64,000 nt of DNA from an uncultured Flavonifractor sp. (GTDB lineage Bacteria > Bacillota > Clostridia > Oscillospirales > Oscillospiraceae): positions 5,483-69,482 of the forward strand of contig CALWOL010000074.1 in NCBI GenBank assembly GCA_944383135.1, written 5' to 3'. The notes below the pieces were generated by a model. That model ran no database searches and was not told the DNA's origin. It saw nothing but the letters and a program-made list of their open reading frames with translations. Below, in pieces: positions 39,229 to 49,550 of the stretch. Within the stretch, counting starts at the first letter, position 1; each line of letters starts with the position of its first letter. Position numbers and translations under genes: made by a program.

Positions 39229-39924
39229 ATGCTCATTGATGTAAAAAACCTCTTTAAGATTTACCATGAGGGGGAGGAGAGCGAGGTGCGGGCCCTGGAT
39301 GGGGTGTCCCTGGGGATTGACCGGGGGGAGTTTGTGGCCATTATCGGTCAGTCGGGCTCCGGCAAGTCCACCCTGATGAACATTCTGGGCTGCCTGGACA
39401 TTCCCACCTACGGGGATTATCACCTGGACGGCGTGGATGTCACGGAGCTCAGCGACCGGCAGCTGGCCCACATCCGCAACAAGCAGATCGGCTTTATCTT
39501 TCAGGGCTTCAACCTGATTCCCGCCCTTAATGCCTGGGAAAATGTGGAGCTGCCCCTGATTTATCAGGGGGTATCCGCTTCCAAACGGTGGGACCGGGTG
39601 GAGGCCGCCCTGGAGCGGGTGGGGCTGGCCGACCGGGCCGGGCACAAGCCCAGCGAGATGTCCGGCGGCCAGCAGCAGCGGGTGGCCATTGCCCGGGCCA
39701 TCGCTACCCAGCCCCCCATTATCATGGCCGACGAGCCCACCGGCGCCCTGGATTCCAGAACGGGCAAGCACGTGCTGGAAATTCTTCACGGTCTCCATGA
39801 GGAGGGCAGTACCATTATCCTGATTACCCACGACAACGGGATTGCCGCCACTGCCCAGCGGATTGTCCGCATCTCCGACGGACGCATCCTCTATGACGGG
39901 GACAGAGAGGGGGCCTTTACATGA
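39229..39924 (+). CDS. ABC transporter ATP-binding protein (MacB/LolD-like)
   Basis: [30 protein letters not shown]. Confidence 0.95.
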   Translation: MLIDVKNLFKIYHEGEESEVRALDGVSLGIDRGEFVAIIGQSGSGKSTLMNILGCLDIPTYGDYHLDGVDVTELSDRQLAHIRNKQIGFIFQGFNLIPALNAWENVELPLIYQGVSASKRWDRVEAALERVGLADRAGHKPSEMSGGQQQRVAIARAIATQPPIIMADEPTGALDSRTGKHVLEILHGLHEEGSTIILITHDNGIAATAQRIVRISDGRILYDGDREGAFT

Positions 39925-41123
39925 ATCTGGCACAGGCCTTCAAGATTGCCATCAAATCCATCGCGGCCAAGAAGGCCCGCTCCGCCCTCACCATGCTGGG
40001 CGTCATCATCGGCCTAGCGGCGGTTATCATTCTGGTGTCCTACGCCGAGGGCCAGAACCAGCAGATGCGGGCCTATTATGAGAGCCTGGGCAACAATGTG
40101 ATCAACATCAACGCATATAGCTGGGACAGCAAGGGAATTGCCGACGACCTGTACGACTACTGCATGGAACTGGACGAGTACATCGTGGGCTTTACCCCAA
40201 TGGTGCAGATGTGGAATCAAACGGTGATCAAATACGGCGCCAAGACCCTGGACAACTACAACAGCAACTGGGAGGAGAGCCCCCAGGTGGTGATGGGCAA
40301 CCAGGACTTCTCCCTGTGTAACAATTTCACCATCGCCAGAGGCAGGGATATTGCCTATCTGGACGTGGAGCGGTACAGCCAGGTGTGTGTGCTGGGCTCC
40401 AAGATCGCCGAGCTGCTCTTCAACTATGTGGACCCCGTGGGCAAGGACATCACCATCAACGGCGTGCCCTTTGAGGTGGTGGGGGTCTACAAGGAAAAGG
40501 ACCCGGACAATATGACCGGCATGGACCGCTACATCGTCCTGCCCTATACCATGAACCGGGTGCTGAACAGCACCACCCAGATGGATACCTTTATGGCCAA
40601 GGCAAAGGATGCCAAGTCCACCAAGATGGGCGTGGGCCTCCTCCAGGGCTATCTGGACAGCCTGCTGGGTCAGGGCAGCGGCTATGTGGGTACCCCCAAC
40701 CAGTGGCAGGAGCAGGGGGACGAGCAGATTAAGCTCCAGCAGCGCTTTTTGGGCGGCATCGCCGCCATCTCCCTGGCGGTGGGCGGCATCGGCATTATGA
40801 ACATCATGCTGGTCACCGTCACCGAGCGCACCCGGGAAATCGGCATCCGCAAGGCCATCGGCGCCGAGCGGAAGAGCATTATTGCCCAGTTCCTCATCGA
40901 GGCCTGCATGATTTGCGGAATCGGGGGGATCTTCGGCATTGCCGTGGGGTATATCGGCACCCTGATTGTGGGGAAGGCATCCTTCAATCTGATTCTGCTC
41001 CCCAGCCCGGGCATTACCGTAGGGGCCTTCCTCATCTCGGTGGCCCTGGGCATTGGCTTCGGCCTCTACCCCGCCATTAAAGCATCCGGCCTCCAGCCGG
41101 TGGACGCCCTGCGGGCGGAATAA
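39921..41123 (+). CDS. ABC transporter permease (MacB/FtsX family)
   Basis: RSALTMLGVIIG, GGIGIMNIMLVTVTERTREIGIRKAIGA, PVDALRAE. Confidence 0.95.
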   Translation: MNLAQAFKIAIKSIAAKKARSALTMLGVIIGLAAVIILVSYAEGQNQQMRAYYESLGNNVININAYSWDSKGIADDLYDYCMELDEYIVGFTPMVQMWNQTVIKYGAKTLDNYNSNWEESPQVVMGNQDFSLCNNFTIARGRDIAYLDVERYSQVCVLGSKIAELLFNYVDPVGKDITINGVPFEVVGVYKEKDPDNMTGMDRYIVLPYTMNRVLNSTTQMDTFMAKAKDAKSTKMGVGLLQGYLDSLLGQGSGYVGTPNQWQEQGDEQIKLQQRFLGGIAAISLAVGGIGIMNIMLVTVTERTREIGIRKAIGAERKSIIAQFLIEACMICGIGGIFGIAVGYIGTLIVGKASFNLILLPSPGITVGAFLISVALGIGFGLYPAIKASGLQPVDALRAE

Positions 41124-41135
41124 AGGAGAGAAACT

Positions 41136-43487
41136 ATGAGAGTGAAACAATGTATTTCCGGCCTGCTGGCCGCCGCCCTGCTGGCGGGGTTGGTGGCGCT
41201 GGCTCCTGCCTCGGCGGCGGGTGGCTCCGCCTTTACCGACATTACCGACGCCGCCCAGGCCAACGCCGCTGAAACCCTGCGGGTACTGGGAGTGGTGGAC
41301 GGCACCGGCGGTTCCGCCTTCAACCCCGGCGGCACCCTTACCCGGGCGGAGTTCTGCAAAATGGCGGTGGAAATTCTGGGCCGGGGAGACGAGGAGCCCG
41401 CCCAGCGCAACCGCACCATCTTTACCGATGTGGGATCGGGCCACTGGGCCAGGGGCTATGTGAACCTGGCGGCCTCCATTACCGTGGGAGGGGGCGGAGA
41501 GGGTGAGACCGCCACCCGCCTGATTATGGGCGTGGGGGACGGCAGCTTCCAGCCGGACCGGGCCATTACCTACGGCGAGGCGGTGACCATGCTGATGCGG
41601 GTGCTGGGCTATGGCGACAGGGATGTGGCCTCCGGCGCCAACTGGTACGACGGCTATGTGGGCCTGGCCCTCTCCTCCGGCCTGGCCGACGGACTGAGCC
41701 TGACCGGCGCTTCCACCATTACCCGGGGACAGGCTGCACTTCTGTTCTACAACCTGCTCTTCACCAGTCCCAAGGGCAGAGACAGCGTGTACCTCACCGA
41801 CCTGGGAGGGACGCTGGAGAACAATGTCATTGTCCTGTCCACCGACGCCACCGCGGAGGACGGCACCACCGGCTCGGTGCGCACCACCGCCGGCGTCTAC
41901 AAAACGGAAAGAGCGGCCTTTGACAGCGCCCTGTGCGGCACCAGAGGCCAGCTTGTCCTGGACAAGAACCAGAAGCTGCTGGCCATCCTCCCGGAGGAGA
42001 GCGCCACCTTCCGCAGCGTCACCGTAATGGGCAGCCCGGAGGCCAACGCCATCCCCGTGGCGGGAGGAGACACGATTTCCGTCACTCTGTCCACACCCGT
42101 ATACCACAGTGACAAGACGGAATCCACCACCTATGAGACGGAGTGGATTGGCCTGCGCACCGGGACCCCTCTGGTTTTGGCCTACAACGGCTCAGGCAAG
42201 CTGGACTACATCTATCTCAGCTCCGGCAAGGCCACCGCCGGAGATGACAATGTAATGGTGCTGAAAAACAAGCCCTCCGGTACCGGAAATCCATTTGGCG
42301 CGATTACCGGCGGGAAAATCCCCGTCCTCTACAAAAACGGCGCTCCGGCCCAGGTCAGCGACATCCAGCAGTACGATGTGGGCACCTATGACAAGGGCTC
42401 CAACACCCTGTTTGTCTCCGACTTGAAGCTCAGCGGCCTGTATGAGGACGCCTATCCCAATCCCGCCGCGCCCTCCAAGGTAACAATGATGGGCGTGACC
42501 CTGGAGGTGCTGCCGGGGGCCACGGCGGATTTGTCCGCCTTCCAGATTGGAGATACGGTTACCCTGCTGCTTACCGCTACCGGACAGGTGGCGGGAGCGG
42601 TGTCCACCGACGTGGCCCGCTCCAACGCGGTGGGTGTGGCGGAAATCCAGTCCAAGGACAGCGCCTCCATTGCGCTGCTGGACGGCCTGATTACCCTTAC
42701 CGGAAAAACCACCCTGAGCGAGTCCGCTGCTGAACAGCTTAACGGCAGGCTGGTGACGGTGTCCTCCTTCAAAAAGGGCTACCTTACCCTCACCAAGGTG
42801 ACGGGAAGCGGCGCCCCCAGTGCCCTGAACCTGAGTACCGGAAAGATGGGCAATCGGGAGCTCTCCCCCAGCGCCCGCTTCTTTGAGCAGGTGGGCAACA
42901 GCACCCTGGTGGAAATTCAGCGCAGCGACATCGCCATGACTACGATTCCCGCCTCCAAGATCACCTATGTGGGCTATGACTGGGCCGGCCGGGCCGTGCA
43001 GCTGGTGCTCAATGACGTGACCGGCGACCGCTATGTGTACGGTCAGGTGTTCAGTGAAAAGGCTGACCCGGAGGTGGAGATCTCCTATGACACCTTCCTG
43101 GTGAGAAACAGCGGCGGCGACACGGAGTTTGCGGCTTTCTACGTGGATGGCTTCAGGGGCGGACAGATGGGCGGCATCGCCCCCTCCATGGATACGCTGG
43201 GCGGCAAGACCAAGGTGGCGGAATACGTCCTCCTCCAGTCGGTGAAGGGCGTGGGCCGGGCCCAGTTTGATGTGGATACCATGACCCTGACCACCAACAC
43301 CATGGTGATTCCCGTGGCGGAAAATGTGGAGTGCTACAACAAAGCCACCGACACCTGGTATCCGGTCAAGGATGGGGATGGCAAGGAGGGACTGAAGCTG
43401 GCCCTGGCCTTCTCCAACAACCTGACGGTGTACTACGACCGCGCTCCGGAGGAGGGCGGAAAGGTACGGATTGTTGTGGCAGAGTGA
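41136..43487 (+). CDS. SLH-domain surface protein
   Basis: Signal peptide; FTDI, LTRAEF, FQPDRAITYGEA, ITRGQA; beta-rich C-terminal region. Confidence 0.85.
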   Translation: MRVKQCISGLLAAALLAGLVALAPASAAGGSAFTDITDAAQANAAETLRVLGVVDGTGGSAFNPGGTLTRAEFCKMAVEILGRGDEEPAQRNRTIFTDVGSGHWARGYVNLAASITVGGGGEGETATRLIMGVGDGSFQPDRAITYGEAVTMLMRVLGYGDRDVASGANWYDGYVGLALSSGLADGLSLTGASTITRGQAALLFYNLLFTSPKGRDSVYLTDLGGTLENNVIVLSTDATAEDGTTGSVRTTAGVYKTERAAFDSALCGTRGQLVLDKNQKLLAILPEESATFRSVTVMGSPEANAIPVAGGDTISVTLSTPVYHSDKTESTTYETEWIGLRTGTPLVLAYNGSGKLDYIYLSSGKATAGDDNVMVLKNKPSGTGNPFGAITGGKIPVLYKNGAPAQVSDIQQYDVGTYDKGSNTLFVSDLKLSGLYEDAYPNPAAPSKVTMMGVTLEVLPGATADLSAFQIGDTVTLLLTATGQVAGAVSTDVARSNAVGVAEIQSKDSASIALLDGLITLTGKTTLSESAAEQLNGRLVTVSSFKKGYLTLTKVTGSGAPSALNLSTGKMGNRELSPSARFFEQVGNSTLVEIQRSDIAMTTIPASKITYVGYDWAGRAVQLVLNDVTGDRYVYGQVFSEKADPEVEISYDTFLVRNSGGDTEFAAFYVDGFRGGQMGGIAPSMDTLGGKTKVAEYVLLQSVKGVGRAQFDVDTMTLTTNTMVIPVAENVECYNKATDTWYPVKDGDGKEGLKLALAFSNNLTVYYDRAPEEGGKVRIVVAE

Positions 43488-43508
43488 GTTTGCCCCAAAC
43501 CAAAAACG

Positions 43509-43545
43509 AGCGGCCCCCGGCACCGTAGTGCCGGGGGCCGCTTTA
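43509..43545. terminator. Hairpin between convergent genes
   Basis: AGCGGCCCCCGGCAC-cgta-GTGCCGGGGGCCGCT-TT. Confidence 0.75.
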
Positions 43546-43553
43546 TAATATGG

Positions 43554-44375
43554 TCAAAGTGGGAACACGCTGCCCACCGCCAGCAGCTGCTCCGCCAGGT
43601 CGGAACGGTAGTCGGGGGCGGAGGGATTCAGACTGTTGATCACCACCCCGTCGCTCCCCGCCCGGGCGGTGGAGTGGATGTATTGTCCCTCCCCCAGCCA
43701 GAGGGCAATGTGGCCGGGAAAGTAGAGCAGATCGGCGGGGGCCAGCTGATCCGGAGAAATGGGATGGGCGGGATAGCCGGGGACCAGTCTGGCGTCCCGG
43801 TAGAGGCACACGCCGCTGCAAAACCAGGCCATAAAGGTGAGGCCTGAGCAGTCGATGCCCTGGGGAGACTTGCCGCCCCAGCGGTAGGGGACCCCCAGAT
43901 AGCCGCGGGCCGTGGCCGCCACCCGGGCCCGGAGCTCCGCCTCCGGCAGAGGAGGCGGAGCCGGCAGATAGGGGGTGAGCAGGCCGGATTTCAGCCAGCC
44001 CTCCCGCCCGCCGGGCAGGGCGACAGGCTGCCAATCTCCGGCGGCCGGCCCTGCGGGGGATACCAGCGCCCCCCGTGGCAGGGTGCACACCACGGACTGC
44101 TCCACCGATGGCCCAGCCAGCACATCGGCAAAGAGACCAGAGACCAGGAGCAGCGGGCGGGCCGCCCAGTCCGGCGCCGGGGTGAGACAGCGGAGAGGGG
44201 CAAAGCCCTCATAGCCGTAGTGGGTGCGCACCCGGCACCAGGCGCCGGCCCGTGCAAGAAGGAGGAGAGGCCAGCCCAGCAGTACCTCGTCCACCCGCTC
44301 CGCCCGCTGGTCCGGGGCCTGATACAGGGGACACAGGGGAACCGACACAATGAGACGATGCTGCCGTCCTTCCAT
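43554..44375 (-). CDS. NlpC/P60 (C40) peptidase with SH3-like domains (YkfC-like)
   Basis: YLGVPYRWGGKSPQGIDCSG, FPGHIALW, YIHS; no signal peptide. Confidence 0.88.
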   Translation of the reverse strand: MEGRQHRLIVSVPLCPLYQAPDQRAERVDEVLLGWPLLLLARAGAWCRVRTHYGYEGFAPLRCLTPAPDWAARPLLLVSGLFADVLAGPSVEQSVVCTLPRGALVSPAGPAAGDWQPVALPGGREGWLKSGLLTPYLPAPPPLPEAELRARVAATARGYLGVPYRWGGKSPQGIDCSGLTFMAWFCSGVCLYRDARLVPGYPAHPISPDQLAPADLLYFPGHIALWLGEGQYIHSTARAGSDGVVINSLNPSAPDYRSDLAEQLLAVGSVFPL

Positions 44376-44479
44376 AGGAAAACCTCGCAATTCCCAACAA
44401 AATATGGTAAGATGGTGAAAAGTCCTGTTTATGGGACGGAGAAAGCGCTACCCTGAAACCAGGAGAGGAGGAATGAGAC

Positions 44480-45466
44480 ATGCCCAGAAGCACCAATCAG
44501 AAGCTGAAGCTGCTCTGCCTGTGCAAAATTCTGTGGGAGCGCACCGATGAGGACCACCCCATGACGGTGCCCGAGCTCATCCACGCCCTGGAGGAGTGGG
44601 ACATCAGGGCCGAGCGTAAGAGCATTTATGACGACATGGAGGCCCTGCGGGTGTTTGGCCTGGATATCCAGAACCGGAAGGGAAAGGATTCGGGCTGGTT
44701 TCTGGGGGAGCGGACCTTTCAGCTGGCCGAGCTCAAGCTGCTGGTGGACGCGGTGCAGTCCTCCCGCTTTATCTCCCAGCGCAAGAGCAATGACCTGATT
44801 GCAAAGCTGGAGTCCCAGGCCAGCAGCCACCAGGCGCGCCAGCTTCAGCGGCAGGTCTATGTGGACCGCCGGGCCAAAACCATGAATGAGAGCGTCTACT
44901 ACACCATCGACAAGCTCCACACCGCCATCGCCAACCGCAGGAGCGTCAGCTTCAAGTACTTTGAGTACAACGTCCGCAAGGAGCGGGTCTTCCGACGGGA
45001 GGGGAAGCGGTACGATGTCTCCCCCGCCGGGCTGATCTGGGACAATGAGAATTACTACCTGGCGGGCTACGATCACCGGTACAAGGAGATGCGCCATTAT
45101 CGGGTGGACAAAATGGCCGAGCTGGCGGTGACCTGCCTGCCCCTGGAGGGTGTGGGCAGCGACTTCGATATCGCATCCTATGCCCAAAAGCATTTTGGTA
45201 TGTTCTCCGGACGGGAGGGACAGGTTACCCTCCGGTGCACAAAGGAGCTGGTGGGCGTGGTGCTGGACCGCTTCGGACGGGAGGTTATCCTGGTGCCTGA
45301 CGGGGAACAGTTTTTCACTGTCACCGTGCAGGCGGTGGTCAGTCCCCAATTTTTGGGTTGGATTTTCGGCCTGGGGGACGGGGTGAAAATCAAAAGCCCG
45401 GACTGGGCAGCCGATATGATGAGAGAGCAGCTGAGCGCAGTGGCACAGCTGTACCAGAAGCCATGA
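44480..45466 (+). CDS. wHTH-WYL-WCX transcriptional regulator
   Basis: TDEDHP, ERKSIYDD, VSPxxLIWDNENYYL, HYRVDKM. Confidence 0.9.
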   Translation: MPRSTNQKLKLLCLCKILWERTDEDHPMTVPELIHALEEWDIRAERKSIYDDMEALRVFGLDIQNRKGKDSGWFLGERTFQLAELKLLVDAVQSSRFISQRKSNDLIAKLESQASSHQARQLQRQVYVDRRAKTMNESVYYTIDKLHTAIANRRSVSFKYFEYNVRKERVFRREGKRYDVSPAGLIWDNENYYLAGYDHRYKEMRHYRVDKMAELAVTCLPLEGVGSDFDIASYAQKHFGMFSGREGQVTLRCTKELVGVVLDRFGREVILVPDGEQFFTVTVQAVVSPQFLGWIFGLGDGVKIKSPDWAADMMREQLSAVAQLYQKP

Positions 45467-45494
45467 GGAGAGGGGCCGGCAGGTTTGCCGGCCC

Positions 45495-45827
45495 CTATTT
45501 CCAGCTCTCCCACACCTCTGGATGGTATCCCACGGTGGCCTGCTTCCCGTTGCGGACAATGGGGGTTTGAATCAGACGGGGGTTTTCCAGCAGCTTTTCC
45601 GCCTTGTCCGCGTCGTAGGCCAGGTACTTCAGCAGAGCCGCGTCGGGGTTCTTCTGGTCCACCAGCGCCGCCAGTCCCACGGCGCTGAGCACACTTTTCA
45701 GCTCCCCGGGGCTGATGCCGTATTTGAGCAAATCAATAGACTGAAATTTGATGCGGCGCTCCTTGAACCAGCGCTCCGCCTTCTTGGTATCAAAGCACTT
45801 GCTCTTCCCAAAAATCTGGATGTTCAT
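45495..45827 (-). CDS. ArsC/Spx-like protein
   Basis: MNIQIFGKSKCFDTKKAERWFKER, TPIVRNGK. Confidence 0.85.
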   Translation of the reverse strand: MNIQIFGKSKCFDTKKAERWFKERRIKFQSIDLLKYGISPGELKSVLSAVGLAALVDQKNPDAALLKYLAYDADKAEKLLENPRLIQTPIVRNGKQATVGYHPEVWESWK

Positions 45828-46188
45828 GGGCCATGCCTCCTGTGGTTCGGCTTTTCTCCATTATCCTGCCGCACATGTACGGCAGCTGCTGATATTATAC
45901 CATCCGGGCCCGGCGGGGGCAATCCGCAGAAAATAAAGGTATACTTTCTCCAAGGAGTGTGGTATACTATTCTTACCATTATGGCTTTATGCGCCCCCAG
46001 GGCGCTTTGATAAGGCAGGACACAGCAGAGATACAGAACACCGGGCGATGATTGGCCGCCCCTTTTTCCGGCGAGGCAGGGCCGGAAAGAGCGGGCGCCC
46101 ACCGCCTTTCTTTTGTGTGCCTGTATGCTGCATGAGTCTGAATGTTCTGGAAATTTCTGTGCGACAAAAGGAGTGTAGCAATACTTTT

Positions 46189-47847
46189 ATGGCTGAAAAA
46201 TTGAAAATTATTTCTCTGGGCGGACTGAATGAGATTGGCAAGAACCTGACGGTTTACGAGTACGGCGGAGATATGATTCTGGTGGATGTGGGCATGGGTT
46301 TCCCCGACGATGACATGTACGGCATCGACGTGGTGATCCCGGACTTTACCTACCTCATCAAGAACAAGGAGCGCATCCGGGGCATTTTCCTCACCCACGG
46401 ACACGAGGACCACATCGGCTCTCTGCCCTATCTCCTGCGGGACGTGAACGTGCCCATCTACGCCACCCGGATGACCGCCGGGCTGGTGAAGCTCAAGCTG
46501 GAGGAGCACAGACTGGTGGGCAAGACCAAGCTCATCACCTGCGAGGCGGGGGAGACGGTGAAGGCGGGCAAGTTCTCGGTGGAGTTCATCCACGTGAACC
46601 ACTCCATCGCCGACGCCTGCGGCTTTGCCATCAAGTGTGCCGTGGGCACCGTGGTCCACACCGGCGACTTCAAGATTGACCCCACCCCCATTCAGGGCGG
46701 GATGATTGACCTGGGCCGCCTGGGACAGCTGGGCAAGGAGGGCGTGCTGGCCCTGCTGGCCGACTCCACCAACGTGGAGCGCCCCGGCTTTACCAAGAGC
46801 GAGCGCAGCGTGGGGGATTCCTTTGACGCCCTGTTCCGGGGCTGCGAGCAGCGGATTATCGTCACCACCTTCGCTTCCAATGTGGACCGCATCCAGCAGA
46901 TTATTGATGTGGCCGCCCGATACGGGCGGAAGGTGGCCGTCACCGGCCGCTCCATGGAGAACGCCATGAAGGTGTCCACCGAGCTGGGCTATATGAAGAT
47001 TCCCGACGGAGTGCTGGTGGATCTGGCCCACATCAAGAGCCTGCCCAAAAACAAGGTGTGCATCATCACCACCGGAAGCCAGGGGGAGACCATGTCCGCC
47101 CTGACCCGGATGGCCTTCAACACCCACCGGCAGGTGGACATTCAGGCCGGAGACCGGGTCATCCTCTCCGCCTCCGCCATCCCCGGCAACGAGCACGCCA
47201 TCGGCAACGTCATCAATGAGCTCTACCGCAAGGACGCGGAGGTGCTCAACGAGCGGGAGCGGGCCCTCCACGTCTCCGGACACGCCTGCCAGGAGGAGCT
47301 GAAAATCATCCACGCCCTGGTGAAGCCCAAGTTCTTTATCCCCGTCCACGGCGAGCAGCGGATGCTGAAAACCCACGCCAAGCTGGCCCAGCAGATGGGG
47401 ATGGAGCCCAAAAACATCATTATCAGCGACATCGGCAAGGTCATCGAGCTCACCCCAAATTCCGCCAAAATCAACGGAACCGTTCCCGCGGGCCGGGTGT
47501 TCGTGGACGGCTACGGCGTGGGAGATGTGGGCAGCGTGGTGCTCCGGGACCGGAAGCACCTGGCCGAGGACGGCATGATTGTGGTGGTGGTGTCCATGTC
47601 CGGCGAGGACGGCTCGGTGGTGTCCGGGCCCGACATTATCACCCGGGGCTTCGTGTATGTGAAGGAGTCCGAGGGACTGATGGAGGAGCTGCGGAAGGTG
47701 GCAGTCAACGCCCTGGAAAATTGCCAGCGGGACAGCATGACCGACTGGGCCGCCATCAAGTCAGAGATCAAAAACGCCATCTCCGGCTTCCTCTACAAGA
47801 AGACCAAGCGCAATCCCATGATCCTGCCTGTGATTATGGAAGTGTAA
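46189..47847 (+). CDS. rnj: Ribonuclease J
   Basis: LGGLNEIGKN, THGHEDHIG, HTGDFK, TGSQGE, HVSGH, PVHGE. Confidence 0.96.
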   Translation: MAEKLKIISLGGLNEIGKNLTVYEYGGDMILVDVGMGFPDDDMYGIDVVIPDFTYLIKNKERIRGIFLTHGHEDHIGSLPYLLRDVNVPIYATRMTAGLVKLKLEEHRLVGKTKLITCEAGETVKAGKFSVEFIHVNHSIADACGFAIKCAVGTVVHTGDFKIDPTPIQGGMIDLGRLGQLGKEGVLALLADSTNVERPGFTKSERSVGDSFDALFRGCEQRIIVTTFASNVDRIQQIIDVAARYGRKVAVTGRSMENAMKVSTELGYMKIPDGVLVDLAHIKSLPKNKVCIITTGSQGETMSALTRMAFNTHRQVDIQAGDRVILSASAIPGNEHAIGNVINELYRKDAEVLNERERALHVSGHACQEELKIIHALVKPKFFIPVHGEQRMLKTHAKLAQQMGMEPKNIIISDIGKVIELTPNSAKINGTVPAGRVFVDGYGVGDVGSVVLRDRKHLAEDGMIVVVVSMSGEDGSVVSGPDIITRGFVYVKESEGLMEELRKVAVNALENCQRDSMTDWAAIKSEIKNAISGFLYKKTKRNPMILPVIMEV

Positions 47848-47860
47848 CCTGTGATTCCAG

Positions 47861-47897
47861 ACGCCTCCGGCGCACATGCGCCGGAGGCGCTTTTTTT
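47861..47897 (+). terminator. Intrinsic terminator after rnj (left boundary of phage-like operon)
   Basis: CGCCTCCGGCGCA-ca-TGCGCCGGAGGCG-CTTTTTTT. Confidence 0.85.
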
Positions 47898-47984
47898 ATG
47901 TCCAAATTGCGTCGGTCCCCCGTTGGGTGTATGAAAACGGGCAATCTTTCGGGCCGGGATACCCGGGGGTGAGGAGTGAGAGAG

Positions 47985-48284
47985 TTGAAAAACGAACGGG
48001 CACGGCTGCTCAGGCAGATGGAAAAGCTGGCCCAGTGCCGGGTCAACGACGCGGTCAAGCTGGCTTTTTTGGACGGAATGACCCTGGAAGAGCTGGACGG
48101 GCTGGATTTGACCCCGCTGACCGAGTTCAGACGGAGTGAAAAGGGGGCGTGTGAGGTAAAGCTGGTGGACCGGGCGGCAATTCTCAGACTGCTGGTGGAG
48201 CTCTCCACCGGACAGGAGGAGCAGAAGGCCGTGGAATTTTTCCGGGCCTGGGAGGGCAAAGCGGAAGGGAAAGAGGAGACATGA
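47985..48284 (+). CDS. Putative terminase small subunit
   Basis: Directly upstream of and ATGA-coupled to TerL; EVKLVDRxxxLxLL resembles TerS C-terminal segments; RBS GAGGAG before TTG. Confidence 0.55.
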   Translation: MKNERARLLRQMEKLAQCRVNDAVKLAFLDGMTLEELDGLDLTPLTEFRRSEKGACEVKLVDRAAILRLLVELSTGQEEQKAVEFFRAWEGKAEGKEET

Positions 48285-49537
48285 GGTTTCGGACCTTTTC
48301 CCCCAAGCAGAGACGGGTGCTGACCTGGTGGTGCGCGCCCCGGACCAGGGAAAGGGAGGCCATCATCTGCGACGGGGCGGTGCGCAGCGGCAAGACCCTG
48401 TGCATGGGCCTGTCCTTCTTCTGCTGGGCCATGCGCAGCTACCGGGGACAGGCCTTCGGCCTGTGCGGAAAGACCGTCACCGCCCTGCGGCGCAACCTGC
48501 TCCAGGTCCTGGCACCGACCCTGAAGGAGCTGGGGTTCCAGTGGGAGGAGAAGGTGTCCCAGAACAAAATCACCGTCCGCTTCGGCGGCGGGGAAAATAC
48601 CTTTTACCTCTTCGGCGGCAAGGACGAGGGGAGCGCCGCCCTCATTCAGGGCATTACCCTGGCGGGAGTACTGCTGGACGAGGCGGCGCTGATGCCCCGG
48701 TCCTTTGTGGAGCAGGCCTGCGCCCGGTGCTCCGTGGAGGGAAGCAGGCTGTGGTTTTCCTGCAACCCGGAGGGGCCGGAGCACTGGTTTTACAAGGAGT
48801 GGATTCAAAAAGCGGAGGAGCGCAATGCCCTCTACCTCCACTTCACCATGGAGGACAACCCGGCCCTCTCCCCCAGGGTCATCCGCCGGTACGCCCGCAG
48901 CTTCAGCGGGACCTTCTACCGGCGGTTTGTGCTGGGCGAGTGGGTGGCCGCCCAGGGGCGGGTGTACGACTTCTTTGATGAGCGCTATGTGAAGCCGCCG
49001 CCCCCGGAGGAGGAGATGGAGGTGTGGCGCATCTCCTGCGATTACGGTACCGTCAATCCCGCCTCCTTCGGACTGTGGGGCAGGCGGGAGGGCGTATGGT
49101 ACCGGGTGAAGGAGTACTACTATGACTCCAGGGCCGAGCAGCGGCAGAAAACCGACGGGGAGTACGCAGACGAGCTGGACAGGCTGGCGGGGGGAAGAAA
49201 GATTCAGAGCATAATTGTGGACCCCTCCGCCGCCAGCTTTATCGAGCTGCTCCGCCGGAGAGGCTGGCGGGTGGAAAAGGCGGACAACGACGTGCTGGCC
49301 GGTATCCGCACCACCGCCGAGCTGCTGCGGCGGGGAGAGCTGGTCATCTGCACCCCCTGCACCGACGCCATCCGGGAGTTTTCCCTCTACTGCTGGGACG
49401 AGAAGGCGGTGGGGGACAGGGTGAAAAAGGTCCACGACCACGCCATGGACGAGATTCGCTACTTCGCGGTTTCCGTGACCGGTGAGCGGGACGGCGGAGT
49501 GTGGATGGGACTGTGCGTGGAGCGGGACAGGTTTTAG
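48281..49537 (+). CDS. Terminase large subunit (PBSX family)
   Basis: Walker A DGAVRSGKT, Walker B VLLDEA, SCNP, nuclease DYG, VDPSA, DHAMDEIRYF. Confidence 0.92.
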   Translation: MRFRTFSPKQRRVLTWWCAPRTREREAIICDGAVRSGKTLCMGLSFFCWAMRSYRGQAFGLCGKTVTALRRNLLQVLAPTLKELGFQWEEKVSQNKITVRFGGGENTFYLFGGKDEGSAALIQGITLAGVLLDEAALMPRSFVEQACARCSVEGSRLWFSCNPEGPEHWFYKEWIQKAEERNALYLHFTMEDNPALSPRVIRRYARSFSGTFYRRFVLGEWVAAQGRVYDFFDERYVKPPPPEEEMEVWRISCDYGTVNPASFGLWGRREGVWYRVKEYYYDSRAEQRQKTDGEYADELDRLAGGRKIQSIIVDPSAASFIELLRRRGWRVEKADNDVLAGIRTTAELLRRGELVICTPCTDAIREFSLYCWDEKAVGDRVKKVHDHAMDEIRYFAVSVTGERDGGVWMGLCVERDRF

Positions 49538-49550
49538 AAGGAGTGTGGGT

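Noticed and set aside
44480-45466. WYL gene as marker of an anti-phage defence island
   Set aside because: Neighbours are NlpC/P60, ArsC-like and rnj; no defence effectors are recognisable.
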